NCBI RefSeq assembly: GCF_009914755.1
Contig: NC_060936.1
Source of the DNA: the human T2T-CHM13v2.0 reference genome, Homo sapiens
Length of the DNA stretch: 64,000 nucleotides
Direction: 5' to 3' (one strand)
Below, piece by piece: positions 28,326 to 43,699 of this stretch (positions are counted from its first letter, which is position 1; each line of letters opens with the position of its first letter). A model generated the notes under the pieces. The model saw only the letters and a list, made by a program, of their open reading frames with translations. It did not search any database and had not been told where the DNA came from. The translations under genes and the position numbers were made by a program.

Positions 28326-31300
28326 AAATTAGGCCAGGTGCTCACAACACAAAAACAAATCAACAAAGCAAAACAAAAAGAAAACTGAGATTATTTTCAA
28401 AGCAGCCTGGGAAAAAAGCAGTATATTACTGCTGTCTTAGCAACAATAATGATAGCAGACTTCCCAAAGAAACAATCAAAACCAAAAAGTGCTAAAATTA
28501 TATCTGGACACTACTGGGGAAAAAAAAGGCTACCGATCAATAATTATATACCCAGCAAATATGTTCTTAATAATGCTGGCAAAAATAAAACTATTTCCAG
28601 AAGAAAAAAATGTCATAGTTGCTGCTTTCTGTCCCCAGCTTGGCTAAAATTTGCTGGATGTTAAGAATTACAGAATAAAACCAGAGCACATATTTGTAAT
28701 GGCCAAAATATATGAAAATAGTAATTCATTGGCAAATTGAAATAACAAATGTTCTAACTTTCATCCTCAAAACATCATCTTAAAATGGTACTAGGGGGCA
28801 CATACCATGGTTGAAGCTCCTTTATTTAAGCATTTGTTTGATTTTGCATTAAATATTTCCGTCTCTAACTAGCTAGGGCGTGACTGCTTCAGATTGGAAC
28901 TGGCAGTAGTAAAGTGGTTATTTGTTGCTTCTCCAAATCTCTGCTTTGAGCTTCTTTCTTACAACCCTATCCCACCCCCATGCACTGCTGTGCTAGTCAT
29001 CTTGGAATACCTGAAGAGTCAGAGCAAGAAAATATAAAGAAATGAGGGCAAAGGAAAATCTTTACTTGCATGGTTCCTCTGGCAGATTATTGGTATTCTC
29101 TGAAGCTGGCAAAAAGTCCTATTCTATCTCCTCCTTCCCCAGGATTCTTTTACAGAATCTCCAGTGACTCTGTAATTCTCTCTCCCAGATATCCCTTATA
29201 CAGAAGAGCTAAGAACTACTTTCTGATTTCCTAGAATTTCTCTCCCAGATTCTTCCTTCTAGGTATTTCAGTCCTCTAAGTGGCCCTTGTAGATAGAACC
29301 CTAAATGACGCCAAGCCACCACTCCTCTCATATGGCCCACATCCAGTGCATGAAAACACTTGCATTCCTCATTCCAACAAATTCAGAGTGGAGTCCTATA
29401 GTACTGAAATGGGAGTCTCCTGACCCTACCACTATAAGGGTTAATATTTTATTTCTAGATTTCTTAGGCATGAGTCAGACCTTGGTTTATGTCCCCAAAA
29501 TGTGGAATAGAAAACTTCCTGGAAGCAACACATCTTATACCTGGCTAAAGGTTTCTCACAAACCACTTTTCATAAAGTATATTTTCCTCACAAACATATT
29601 TGCTTTCCTCTGTTACGACCTGTTTTTAGTCCTTAACATTGCCATTGTTTTCAAGAGTTCTGAAATGTCCTGTGAAAATTGCTATATGACTATTTCTTTT
29701 CTATTTATTTTGAAAGTTAACTCTATTGTGTCTTGGCACCTATCAATTTTGATGCCTATTTCCATTGGTTCTCTCGCTATATTTGTGAATGACTGGATGA
29801 CTATTTTCATTTTGGTGCAAGGATTTCTAACATTTACTTTCTATGTAAAATATAAATTATTTGTATTTTTAACTTCTGATAGCATGCAATATAATCCAGT
29901 ACAAGTCAAGTATGAAAAGATTATTATTTTAAGACTCAGAAAACAAAGTTATGACTTCTAATTTTACTTACATCCAAAATAAATATTCCCTCTTAAGAAT
30001 CAGAGTCAAGGAATAGTGAGAAAGTCTTGGGGGAAAAATAAAAATCCAGGTCCTATCAATAATAATGGATTTTTTTTCAGAGAATCTTTACTTGGAAGAC
30101 AAAGGATAAAGGAGTTTGACAAAGTTGGGTAGTTTAGACACGTATCCTAACTTCTGATGCTTATCCAAAGTTAGGCTATTTTGAGTTTTGTCTATCATTA
30201 TAGTCAAGTAATTGTGACATAGTCTTGCCAGTAAAGAGCAGCTTTAAGTACAGTAAACCTATTTTACACATCAGTGCATTAAAGAACTTACCTCTATAAA
30301 ATATGATTGTCATGGTTGTCATCCTATCAGTGAAAAAAAGTGGAGAATGCCATAAAAGAAAGTTTACTGAGCATATCACAAGGAGTGGGGGAAAGGGAAG
30401 ATATTGCTTACAACTGAAGACATACCCTACAGCTAGGTATTCAGCCCTTATCTTGTGATCATTTCCTAAACTTGCCTTACACAATTCTGTTTACACCAAC
30501 CAATTTAGAGGAAAACAGAAAAAATACATATTGCTATAGATTTTCATTTGGGAAACAAATGAACCTCACAAGAAGTTCCTGCAATTCTGTTGTGTCTATA
30601 CTGACATTCATAACGCCAAGAGGGCTTTGTAATCTGGGGATTCCTGAGTGGATGATGAAATAATGATTTATACATTTAATGCTGCTCTTAAAAGCTAGAA
30701 ATTGAATGTCTCTACAGTATACAGTCACGGAAGTTTGTATTTTTAGATTATAATTCTCTTCTCTTCTGAATCCCTCAACCCCAGCCCAACATTTCTCTGA
30801 AGGAATGAGAGGTATGCGAAACAATTAACATTCAGAAGATTCTCTTGTAATTTTCAGGATACATGCATTGTCTTCTGTATGTATTATGAATTTATTTCAA
30901 ATGGGAAAGGAGACCTTGCATAATGAGGCAAAGCTTTTAAACAAGATCGTCTTCTGTTATAAGGCATGGTTCTCCTTTTTATTTTTTATTTTGGAAGCTT
31001 AGCTCTGTCTTAGTTACACAAAAGAAGATTTAAAAGCGTGTAAACCAATAATAATTATTCAATCTAAGCTGTGAGGGTAACTTACTATGGGCACTGGAGG
31101 CTGAGATGGGATATTGTATTTGCATATATACAGTATATGGAAACTATCCTACCATTTTATAGAGCAACAATCATATTTAGTTTAATGTCTTTTAAGTCCC
31201 ATAAAATGATATTAGAAAATTTTGCTATTTGGATGGTGAGCAATCAAAGCTGTGATGTTAACTCATCATAATACTACTAGTTTGACTCTTCAGGCTTCAT

Positions 31301-31660
31301 TAAATTGGGGACATAAATATGCCAGATCAACCAAATGAAATTGGAATGCTCCTATTTCGGGGTTTAGAGTAGGCTGAATGAGTTTGCTACCTTTTTTACA
31401 TTTCTAGTTAGGTACTGTACTTGCCTACCTTGTGATTGCATGGCCATTTCAGCAAGGATTAAGATTAATGGATATCGTTAATTCTCAACTTTATGCCATG
31501 ACTCTCCTGAGGCTCCTATAAAATAGACATGCTCCAAAGAATCTTCTTCACCTATTCCTCATACTTTTTTTTACTTGTACACCTAATGCAAGCCCAAAAT
31601 GTGTCTTGTGGCTGTTCCAACTTACAGCACTTCAGAGCTAAACTGTGGTAACACTGTGGG

Positions 31661-32013
31661 TGTATTAGAACACTACCTGAGACTGGGTAATTATAAAGCA
31701 AAGAGGTTTAATTGGCTCACAGTTCTTCAGGCTTCACAGGAAGCATAGCTAGGAGGCCTCAGGAAACTTAACAGTCATGGCCGAAGGCAAAGGGGAAGCA
31801 AGCACGTTTTATGTGGTGGCAGGAGAAAGGGAGAGAGAGCAGGGGAAATCTCAGATGCTTATCAATTAGATCTCGTGAGAACTTACCATCACAATAACAG
31901 CATGGGGGAAACCACCCCATGATACAATCTCCTCCCACCAGGTCTGTCTCTCCACGTGTGGGGATTACAATTTGAGGCGATATTTGGGTGGGGCACAGAG
32001 CAAAACCATATCA
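31661..32013 (-). mobile_element. MSTA (MaLR) solo LTR
   Basis: tgtattag...aaaccatatca termini; ggaggcctcaggaaactta. 5-bp TSD gtggg/gtggc. Confidence 0.88.
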
Positions 32014-34379
32014 GTGGCTAATTTCAGAACAGCGTAGGAGTCAAAATATGTTAAATCATCTAATTTATATAAACTGTCTTTTGCTAACTGAGTATTTGAA
32101 GTTTAGAGGTTCTGTCTCTGCCACCTCCCTTGGAACTCACTAATTGATTGTCAAAATGAGGAAGAGTGATCTACGATGAAGTTAAAAATATTTAAATCAT
32201 TTAAACACAGATACCAGGAACAAAGTGAATTGTATTTTATGATTTTTAGCAAATTATTAAAAATATTTAAATGTTGAGACCAATGTTATAAAAATATAGG
32301 CCATATTTATACTGCTTCTTGTGGTCCATATTTAATTTTTAATAAATGATCTATGTCTATCCATAACAAGAAAAAACAGTCATTTTGAAATATAATTCTT
32401 CCTTATTTCTTTCTGAAAAAATTCTGTATATCTAGTGAATTGAGATTGGTATTATTTGTTCTTATAGAGCTGTCCCTTGGAGGTAACCCCATGATTTACA
32501 CAGGATGCTTATGTATTTAAAACTATGGGCATTAAGACCCTCTTCTTACTGCCATAGGCATCAGTGAGATGATCTGAAGGAGAGAGCCGAAAGTGAAAAG
32601 CAAATCTTTATTCATTTCTGATAATGTTGAATGGCATAGAAATAATCCCAAAATCCAAAATTGAAACCTAGACAACATTAAAAAAATAACTACTACTAAA
32701 CTTATAGTTGTAATACCATATGTTGTCTCACGGTAACATTTATCACTCTACTCTTTATAGCAAATGTAAACTTGCTCAGTTTGTTAAAAGATATTTAGGC
32801 ACTCTAGCCTAGAAATGTAACAAATACTTATTACATTATTTAATAAAAACATATTCTGAGTTCTAAATAAACTCATAAATGCCTATTTATAGATGGGTGA
32901 TCTAGAATCTATTAAACAAATAGGTATTGTATTCCTATCTGCATAAATTGCTTTTATATCCTTAAAACATTCTAATTATCTCTTTATCCATTACCAAGCC
33001 ACATGCAAAGGATAACGTCCAATATCATTGAATAATAGTTACTTGGCAATTTTTAAAAATATTTCTTGTTGCTTAAAAGTATTTTGAGCTTGTTTCAAGG
33101 TAACTATACTGAAGAAAAACACATATTATATGAAAAGAAAGCTGTTACTGGTTTTGTGGAAAACCAGAAATAGTTAAAATTTATGAACAAAAAAGATTAA
33201 TTAGTGAACATTTTAATAATTACTGGATTATTTTAAATTATCCAAATTTATCAGAATACAAAGTTCCTCTTTCAACTTGCATGATTCATGTCAGTATTAG
33301 CTGTCATATTGCTGCATTATTTTTAAACTAAAATTTCTTTCAATATAAATGGTTCAAAGTTACAGGCAATTACTGAGAAATAAAAATAGACAATTATACT
33401 ACTTTAATATTAGGGTAGTCTTTTTACCAAAGTATTTATTTTACCACTAAATATTATATATCATAAAGAATATGTTCCCCTCATACTTCAGGGTACAGGG
33501 AGTTCAAAAACATACATTGGTAGAAAACGTATCTCACCCTTATTTGCTTACAAGGCACATTGTCAGAAGACTCTTTTCACAGCTCAGAGCCATTATATCC
33601 CGAATGTCAATTGAAAGTTGTTTGCTTGGTTTCCAGTAGAGAGTTAGTTATTGTCTATCTGTCTGCACTATTCTCATTGTGAGTGACAATCATAGACTAT
33701 TCTGCTGAATACCACCCCTGTCATTGTTGGTTGGCGTTTGCTACTTGACAATTTTGTCTTTTTTCACCTCACTCCTTACAAGTGGATAGAAAAATCGGGT
33801 AAATTCTTCAGAAGAAATACAAAGTCAACTCAGCTTTCAAAACCCTGCCTGCTGTCATTTTCTATAGTTAAGATTTTTACCTGAAGCATTGAATGTCTCA
33901 CCCTGGCATCAGACTGCAGTAATTAATCATTAAATAGTGATTGAACCAGTGGACCCCAGAAAATATCTCCATACACTACCATGTGCTGGAGCCAGCTGCA
34001 AGCTAGTACTTAGAGAGAAGCAGCACAGAGGAGAACCGTGCCTGACAGTTCCCTGCTGTGAAGTCCAAGTACAGTGTGCTTCTAACTAAGGGCCAGAAAC
34101 AGAACGCTTGCTTGTGTTGACCTTCATTACCTGACACTGTTTAAAAGACAAAATGTCAGTGTTAATGTACTGGAAGTTTAAACATTTAATCACATTTTAA
34201 TGAGGACACCAGCACTTTTTTTTTCACACTTTACATTATTATTTTTCTTCTTTTTTCCCTTAACAAATCACTGTAGCAATATATATCTGTTCACAACAAA
34301 AATTAAAATTGACTACACACTAAAAAATAAAAAAGTAATGTATTTTAAAATCTTTTAAAACGTGAAGGAATAGCTAGAG

Positions 34380-34680
34380 AGATGGATGTTGTCTTCAAAT
34401 ATTTAAAGGACTACTATTGTAGAGAAAATAAATATGTTGTCTGTTTCTCCACAGGGAATTAATAGATCTCATGAGTGTAAATTATTGAAACATATATTTG
34501 AATTCAACTTAAGATAGAATGTATCAGCAATTAGAATTGTCTAATAATGCAACAGCCTCTGTCTTAAGAAAATGAGCTTCCCACTACATACATGTACTTA
34601 AATGCACTGAGGTTGTAGTAGGAATTCCTTGAGAGAGTAAGATGTTAGAACACATGATTCTATGAAGAGTTTTAAATTCA
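34380..34680 (+). mobile_element. CR1/L3 3' fragment
   Basis: gtcttcaaatatttaaagga...aatgagcttcccactac resembles the L3 3' end. Confidence 0.55.
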
Positions 34681-35049
34681 AGTTTACAAACAATATTGAC
34701 CAACTAATATATGCTTAACATTGCATTAGATATTTTATTTATTTATTAGATTTAAAAATATGTCAACCTTTCTTGTTTACTGACTATAGAAGGTAACTCT
34801 TGTTTACAATAGGGAGTTATTTGTGCTGACATAAAAATTAAAAGTTTGCTTGGTTTGCATTAGATATATTTTATACATCATCTCTATTATCCAAACATAC
34901 ATACATAACTGACATTCATGGATTTTCTTTTTGAACACAACCCTTCAGAGTTGATTGCCAAATTTACAACTGGAGAATGCATTCTAGTCATATTTTTTGT
35001 TGCAACTTTGGATAATGTGTTTAAAACAGAATTATTAATCTTATACTAA

Positions 35050-35190
35050 GAAGATCTACAAAAACTTGTATGATTCACAACTGCCATCTCTAGGTATTGT
35101 TATTTTATTCCCATTAAATAGATGAAGCAACCTAATTCAGAATGGGTAAATAACAGTGCCCAAGGCAGTAAATAGAATATCTGAACACAA
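35050..35190 (-). mobile_element. MIR fragment
   Basis: attcccattaaatagatgaagcaac...taaataacagtgcccaagg. Confidence 0.55.
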
Positions 35191-35344
35191 AGTTGAAGTA
35201 TTTGAACATGAAAAATTTCCAAGGAACTTCAGTTAATTTCCTGTGAACTATTTTAGCTGTTGTAATATAAAGGTAAAGCTTTGTTCTTCCCAGGTGAGAA
35301 CACATGAATAGATCAGGGATAAGAAGAGTATTTGCAAGACAGAT

Positions 35345-35444
35345 GAAAGAAAGGGAAAGAAAAAGAAAGAAAGAGAAAGAGGGAAAGAAAAGGAAGGAAG
35401 GAGGGAGGAAGGGAGGGAAGGAAGGAGAGAGGGAGGAAGAGAAA
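35345..35444. repeat. Purine-rich (GAAA/GGAA) repeat
   Basis: About 100 bp of only A and G. Confidence 0.9.
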
Positions 35445-37473
35445 AATTTTTATTTGTTAAATCATAGACATTCTAAGTTTACACTTTTTTATTTTATCTA
35501 GAAACTGTTATTTTTGTTCCTTTGTTTTCTTGATGCTAATATCAGAAATGTTTATAAAATGACAAAAATATAAATGAGAATATTTACAACTCTGTGTATT
35601 TGAGTGGCAGTGTTTCCCTCATAGATGATACTGCATGGCATTTAGTGGTACTTATATTAGTGTGTGTATATGTGCTTTTGGGTGTACAATTCCTTCAAGC
35701 AACAATTGAAGGATGGAGGTGAAGGAGATATTTGAGGTTATCTTTTGATTTGCTGAAATGTGGTAGTTTTCCTTTTTGTTATAACTTTGTTATAATGAAA
35801 TGAGAATTAGAATCAAGAATGGCTCACAAATGGAAATCATCTGATAAGATGTGTGAATACAAGCTTTTTGCCAATTAAAGGTTCTAGTCACGATGACCTT
35901 TAATATATTTTTTCTCTTTCTTTAGGATTAAAGTATGTTAATTCCTTATGCATAATTTTAAATCTCAATTCTATTTGAGATCGTAGTGCTCTGTATCTCT
36001 ACTTCTGCTTTTTAAAATAACAGCTGCTTACTTGAAGACTGCAGTTAGTTGAAAATATATCTATCTTTAGTTTATAGCTTTTGTGCTTTTCTTGGTGGAC
36101 AGATGTCTTCAGTTTTCTCGTGATTTCCCTCCAAAATTCTATATTAATGCTCAAGACAAAAAAAGAGAATAAAGGGATATTTCCCAAAGCTAGATACCAA
36201 GTTTATATTAGTCTTTAAATTTGTCTCAAATTGATTTAGACTTATATTTTATTTATAGGCATCTAATTTCTTTGTCATACACCCTTAAAATATAAGTGTT
36301 TCCTGACTTATATTGAAAATATCTTCTAAATAAATTCTAAGCATTAATCTATAATTTTTGAAAAAATAACGCTCTTTCAAGATTAAAGGTAGTACAGTTA
36401 TCTAATTTAGGACTGAAACATCCATTTTGCTTTCCCATTGTAAACGAAATTTCCTTGAAGTTAAATTTGTCAGTAGCAGCAATTCTTTTTTAAAAATTGT
36501 TTTTGTTGCTAATTTGTATCATACAGCTAAAAGTATTCATGGATATATAGTTAAAAAACAAGAAAACCTCAAAAGATCTCTATTTTTAGAAAATTCAGTT
36601 TAAATAATGTTGGGCAAATTTGGAGGATCATATATTACTGTTATGAATGAAGCAATATGAAAGGTAAAAACAAAGTTGGCACCTTGTTTCTGAGTCCATT
36701 TACTAGGCAAACCCTTGAAATATGTACTGTTTTGTAAAAAATGTACATTTTACTACATCAACTAACACATGTGGGCTAAAGTGGAATTAACATGCCACTG
36801 ATGTACACACAAATTCAAGCCCTCTGTGTGACATAAATTCAAATAAATACCAATTAATGAAATTTTTAAAATTCAAAGAAAAATGAATGAAGCTATTTGA
36901 GAGGTAGTGTACATCTATCTAAGTTAGTTTCATGTAAAGAAGAGTTTCTTGGAAAACATTGTACATCTTTTGCAGTATAAACGTAAAGCAATCAAAATCA
37001 TTTTTAATTAAAGCTCTTTTTCAGTTCACTAAGGAATACGGAGAGAATGCCAAACTGTGTTAATGTACTCCATTATGACTTTGACTATATTTTACAACTT
37101 GAAAAATTTTCATTTTTATGGTGCCATCAGCCTGCTACTTAATAGAAAATGTTTTATTGACATTTATGTTCTTTACCTAATGATGTGTATTTAAATGATG
37201 GCTGTCATCTTCATTAGAACTGACTGTTGAAAGAGTAATAAGAATGAGAATACAGAAACCTGGTCTCATTTTAATTGTACAAACTGAGAACATAACATTG
37301 GGCTGAACATTTCACCAATTTGACTACAACATTTAATTTAAAAATAATATATATCTCCAATATTGTATGATCATTATTATTGTGATTTATTATGCTTACT
37401 GACACATGAAATATATGTATATATGTATATTTATATGTGTTGTTTTCTATTTGTTCTTAAAAATAAATGTGCT

Positions 37474-37820
<347 letters not shown>

Positions 37821-38498
37821 TTAATTGCATCAATGATTATCAGAAAAATATTAGGCTTGGTATAGAAGTTATTCCAAAGACACAATCTGCTAATATGCCC
37901 AGTATTGATTAATATGTATCAATAGAAGTCATTTAGATGTATAATGGATGATCACAAAAATCCTGTTCCTTCAAACAAGTGTTGAATTGTAAGCTATTTT
38001 CAGCTTTTATTTAGTTAATTTTTATTAACATTAAACAAGGCAGTAAGAAAATGATTCATTACAGTCACCATTCTATTTCTTGTCAAATTATAATTTGTGG
38101 TTTTTTGCTCTTAAAGATATGTTCAGCACTATGTTCTTAAATAAAAAAAAAGTTGTCAAAGTTTTTGTGATCTAGAATAAAGAATCTAAAAAAATTGTAC
38201 TAAAGAAATTGTATTCAACCTTTACTTCTGTAACTAGCAATACAGTATAGTTTAACTTATTTTTGTAGTGAAGTATTGAATAGAAAACAAATAATATTTA
38301 CTTCTAAAATGTAACATACATATACTCTATTTCAACTTATTGAGGACATTTATATTTTTCCAGTATAATACCTAATTAGAATTTCTATCATGTCTTCATA
38401 TTCAGTTATGACTTTATTATTCTGTCCTATGTATTTACCTTACATATAATGCCATTGTTGCATTGATGTACTGTTTTGTAATTATTTGCTTTTGATCC

Positions 38499-38988
38499 TG
38501 TAGTAGAGAGTGTTCAAAATGGCTCCCAATGGTTCCTGTCTCCTGTATAGCCTACTCACATATTGAATCATGGTTGTTCCTGTGTGATAAAATGAATACA
38601 AAGTAAATGATAATGTTTCACTTCTTAGGCTAGGTCATAAAATCCAATGTCATTTCTGTTTTGATTTCTTGACTTATCTGCTCTGGGAAAAACCAACTGC
38701 CATGTCATGAGGAAGGTCAAGCAGCCCAGTAGAGAGGCCTAGGAGGAAAGAAGCAAAGAACTCCATAAACACCATCATTAACATTTTAGCCATTTACATG
38801 GACACTGTCAGACACTTTAGCCTAATCTGACTGTGACTTCATGAGAGACTCCAAGTCCGGTCTACTCAGTGTAGCCACTCTTGATTTTCTGGCCCACAGA
38901 AACTATGAGCTACAGTAAATTAATATTGTCATTTTAAGTCATTTTATTTTTGGAGTGAGTTGTTAAACAGCCATACGTAACTAATAAA
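38499..38988 (+). mobile_element. MLT1F-like MaLR solo LTR
   Basis: aaaatggctcccaatg; ggctaggtcataaaa; ctgccatgtcatgagga; cttcatgagagac; cccacagaaactatgag; taactaata end. Confidence 0.78.
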
Positions 38989-40662
38989 ATGTTTTAATTT
39001 CTATAAGTTTTTTGGACATATGGACTGTAATTATTTTCTTTTCTGTATTGCAGATACTTAACACAATGCTAGCCACAAAGTGGAAGCTCACTTAATGTTG
39101 GCTGAATTTAAATAAATAAATGTAAATATAATCTCCTTGTTGGTGCTATAGGTTTAGAAGGGGCTTAAAAAAGCAGTAAACATCTATTATTCAAAATTGG
39201 CAGAAAAAATTGTCCAACATCAGCTTGGCCAAAAAACTTAAGATTTTAGGCAACAAGGCAATTGATCTAGTTATTCTGATTTAAAAAAATTAACTATCTT
39301 AGTAAGCCTAGTCACAAAACGTTCTACTCAAAATTAAATATTTCCTAAGAACTATCTAAAATCTTTAAATGGTCAAGAAAGTTAATTTGTAATGCCTACA
39401 CTTGATTTTCATCCCCAGTTTTGTTTTGTTTTGTTTTTTCTGATTCTATGGCAGAAATTATTTTTTTGGATCTCAGCTCTTCAGGCATATTAACCAGAAA
39501 CAAGTAAAAAATAAAAACTATACAAGTAAGGCTTAAATTAATTCTGACAAGCTGTAAATGCTTTTTCTGAATAGATTTTGAGAAAACTGGATTAATTCTA
39601 CTTAAAAGTAATGACTCTTCGTTAATAAAGTTTTAGAATTATTTTTCTTTTATTGAGATGTTCTAAGAATTATTCATATGTAGAATGTTTCTGTATTATA
39701 AACATTTTATTAGATACCAATATTAGATATTATATATTATTATAATTGATTCTAGAAGTAGACAATTCTTTTGGATGAAAGAGAAAAACTAAATAATTTT
39801 ACCAGTTTAAGGTAGAAACAAGATACAAAAAAGATGTGAACCGGGAACAAGAATAAACCTATTATCTAAACACAGGTATAATAATTTTATTTTAAGTGTC
39901 TGTCAATCAACTGATGACAAATGATTGGGATTTGATACTAGAATGCCTAATATATCACATACATTTTATCAATTATTTAAATCAAAAAAGGGTTTATCTC
40001 TAATATTGTTTGCCTTTCAATGAGTCATTTTTATTGTCATTCTAAATTCTCATGTTACAAAACGACTTCGAATATCTTTAAAAAGAGATTCCTAAGCTTC
40101 AGTGAACTCTAGTAGCGTTTGTTACTGTCCTACAAGAATGAGCCCAGATTGGACGAAGACTTGCATAATTAATTCTCTAACATGGAAGCACCGTTTTGAG
40201 TCAACTTTGCATAAGTATACCATTGATTTGCAGATTTACTAATTACACCTTCTTATTGTGAATATGTCTGAGGCCTTTTAAAAAAATTAAATTTTGTCCA
40301 TTTGATACTATAATTTGATTATTTCATAATCAATATAAATAAGACTAAGAAAATAAAGTAATGGTTTCTGTGAAAGAGTAATTTGTTTAATGCCTGAACA
40401 GAGGAAAAGACCACAAAGCCAATGATATAAAAACAAAACAACTCACCAATTCATTTTATTGGCTATTAGTAGATGCGGTCATGTTAAGGTGGAGAATGAA
40501 ACTAGAAGTGAAGAGAATATTATGGTGAACAACAAAGTAAATTGGAGATAAAAATGTAGAGAGATTTAAACATGATCAATAATATATATTCCTTAACTGT
40601 CCCCCAAACCAACTTTAACTTTCAGACTTTAAAGATCCCATTTTCTTCCTTCCCTTTTTTCT

Positions 40663-40976
<314 letters not shown>

Positions 40977-41399
40977 TCTTCCTTCCCTTTTTTCTACCAT
41001 CAAAAATAATAAATTGTCTAAAAGATTTTCTTGGCAGCTAAATACGAATGAAATCCCTCATTTTTGTCTTTTTATTGTTCAGGTGACAATATACAAACTC
41101 ATCAGTTGCAAGTAAGCTAATTAAATATTAATAATACATATTGATTATTAATGTATATCTCTGAAACTTTTTTCTTAATCTAGTTTAGTCTATTAAAAAA
41201 GAATCTTTTCTCTTTGTACTTATTTGTACCTTGGGATAGTTAAATACACTCCTACAGCCACGTTCCCTAATGTGCTTCTTTAATTTTCAAAAGATTCGGC
41301 TTCTTATATTCTTGGTAGAGAATATAGCTCAACCCACTATTTAATATATTTTATGATCTTTATGTGAAAGCTACTGCTAGTTAGCTTTAATTAGCTTTG

Positions 41400-41576
41400 C
41401 CAGCCACTTTACACTTCAATGTTGTATTTGTTTTATAATTATTGTGTTAATTTGTTTATTATTTAGTGTCTACCCATTATAGTATCAGGCATATGAGGTA
41501 AGAAGCTTTGTCCCAAAACTTACCACAGTGACCGACTTGCACTACGTGCTTAATAAACATTTGTTGAATAAATAAA
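41400..41576 (+). mobile_element. L2 3' end
   Basis: gtgcttaataaacatttgttgaataaataaa terminus. Confidence 0.6.
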
Positions 41577-43549
41577 ATCATCAGTACACTGTGAACATAA
41601 TAAAACCAACTCAACACATTTAGAAGTACAGTGATTAATTGATGTTAAAATATTGGCAGTATAGAATATCTTTATAATGGCTGACATGGGGGGGGTGTCA
41701 TGTACAATGTGTGACATTTATATCCCTGCAAAACTGTTGATCAGAAACTCAACTCATATTAAAATCACAGAAGTGATTTCCAGACATTGAGTCCAATCCT
41801 GGGTAGCCTCAGCCTGGAGGCCTATCCTGCTGATCTTTTTATCTAACTTAACTCCTCTTGGAAAAGGGAGTACAAATAAAATATCAACAAAATGGTTAAG
41901 TGATACCTTTTTTTCTTTGTCAAAGTTAAGGGTTGAAAGGTATCAAAATTATCCTCTAACTGTATTTTTAAAATGGAGAACTGGGGCCATGAAATCCTCA
42001 GAATGTTATGTGGAAGAGCTGGGGGTTGAAGCTTTTTTGTGCAAATGCTGCTAGCACAATTAAACAATGTGTTTCTGCTTGAACATGGACGATAATAACG
42101 ATGTTTTAGAAACAATGGGAAGTGAATAGTTTACATCTTTACTTCCATACAAAAACATATATCTTTGAAAATAATACCTACTAATGAGACATCGGAATGA
42201 AGATAAAATTAGTGACACAAAGCATTTTCACACATTTGAGAGAAAAACAGGAAGCAGAAAACACAAATCACATAACAAAATGCAGTACATTATTTTAATA
42301 TAATGAAACATAATGAGATTCTGGAGTAAAATAATATTAAAAAGTACATACATTAGATATTTTATTTGAACTTTTGACATTAAGGAAATATGCACCTATA
42401 TATGACTTAATATGCCCCCATGGTTCCTCTTTAATATAACACATAAAGTATGAACATTTTCCCACTGTCTACATACTTTTGCAAAATTAAGTCACATTAG
42501 AGTAGGTAAAGAATATAATTTCCCTCGATTTTAACTCCTAAGTTCCTGTGTTCTGGTATTTTGAAGATAATGTTATAATTAATATATTTCAATGTATAAA
42601 AGATTTTAAAATATTTATAAGTATGTAATATACTTAATACATAAAGCCTCTCTATTCAACATCTTCCCAAGTGATTCAGGAATAGCAACTTTATTTTGCA
42701 ATTTTGAAAGTAGAATACTTTTAAAGTATTTAAACTATGTTTCATTATATACAATTTATATGCATGTGATCTCAAAATAATCTAAAATATCTAAAACCCT
42801 TGAGAGAGGCCTTCTCATTGTAAGCTTTAGAGAAACTGGCAGATGTCAGGGAAGATACATTGAGGCAGTGAGTTGCTTTCTATTACATTCGATTCAAAAT
42901 AGAACAAAAAGTCACAGTTTTTTTGTTGTTGTTTTGTTTTCTACAAGACAAAAATCAAATAAAGAACTCCTCTCAGACTCAAAAACACATATTGGAGCTA
43001 CAAACTAATACACATCGCAGCAAATTAATAATGGAACATGCCTACCAGCAGAAATTTGACATTTGCTACTTCATTCAGCAAACATTTGAGTCACTGAGGT
43101 TTCAGAAACACAATCCCAATTTAAAAGAACATATAATGATGAGAAAGACACACAGACATTTGATGGGGCAAACATTATTTACATATGGGGATCTGAAGAG
43201 AGGATTCTTACCATTCAGGCTTAACTTTAATCCTTTCTTCTCCCTTTCCATCCTCTACCCACTTCTTACACTTATTGAGACAAGAAGACAAATCGCTGAA
43301 GTCAGATACTGCAACAAAATGACAACGGGCATTAGAAGAAGAAAAACGCTCCCTCATCACAATGGAGCAAGAGTGTTGCATAGTGACTAGCTGGAGCCTC
43401 CTGGAGGACAAGGCATGTAGAGCAGGAAATAAGCACAATACGGGTAAAATGAGACAATGTCAGAATAGGACACCTTGGTTGAAAGAAAATGTATTTGTGG
43501 AAGAAAAAAGAACCTTCTGGGAGATTCTGAAGTCTAGTGGTTGGGTGAC

Positions 43550-43626
43550 GAGGCTGAGGCAGGAGAATGGCTTGAACCTGGGAGGCAGAGCTTGCAGTGA
43601 GGTGAGATCGCGCCAATGCACTCCAG
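43550..43626 (+). mobile_element. Isolated 77-bp Alu right-arm fragment, no tail
   Basis: gaggctgaggcaggagaatggcttgaacctgggaggcagagcttgcagtgag...gcactccag. Confidence 0.9.
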
Positions 43627-43699
43627 TGATTAAATATCTATTTTATTTAACAATGTACTTGTAGCACCTGATATATTTGAAAGAGCTTAAAGATTAAAA

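Noticed and set aside
28620-29640. Possible ancient LTR with a CTCF-like gtactagggggcac at 28788
   Set aside because: I could not assign the family, and the motif misses both leading C positions.
29305-29961. 218-aa ORF, the longest non-L1 ORF
   Set aside because: Its Leu/Phe/Ile-rich composition is typical of chance ORFs in T-rich DNA. No recognisable domain, and it overlaps probable ancient repeat sequence.
37170-37290. Box C/D snoRNA-like motifs (atgatg...ctga)
   Set aside because: No exact RTGATGA box C and no terminal stem.
42923-43664. Overlapping 155-aa and 100-aa ORFs
   Set aside because: No recognisable homology or exon structure, and one runs through an Alu fragment.
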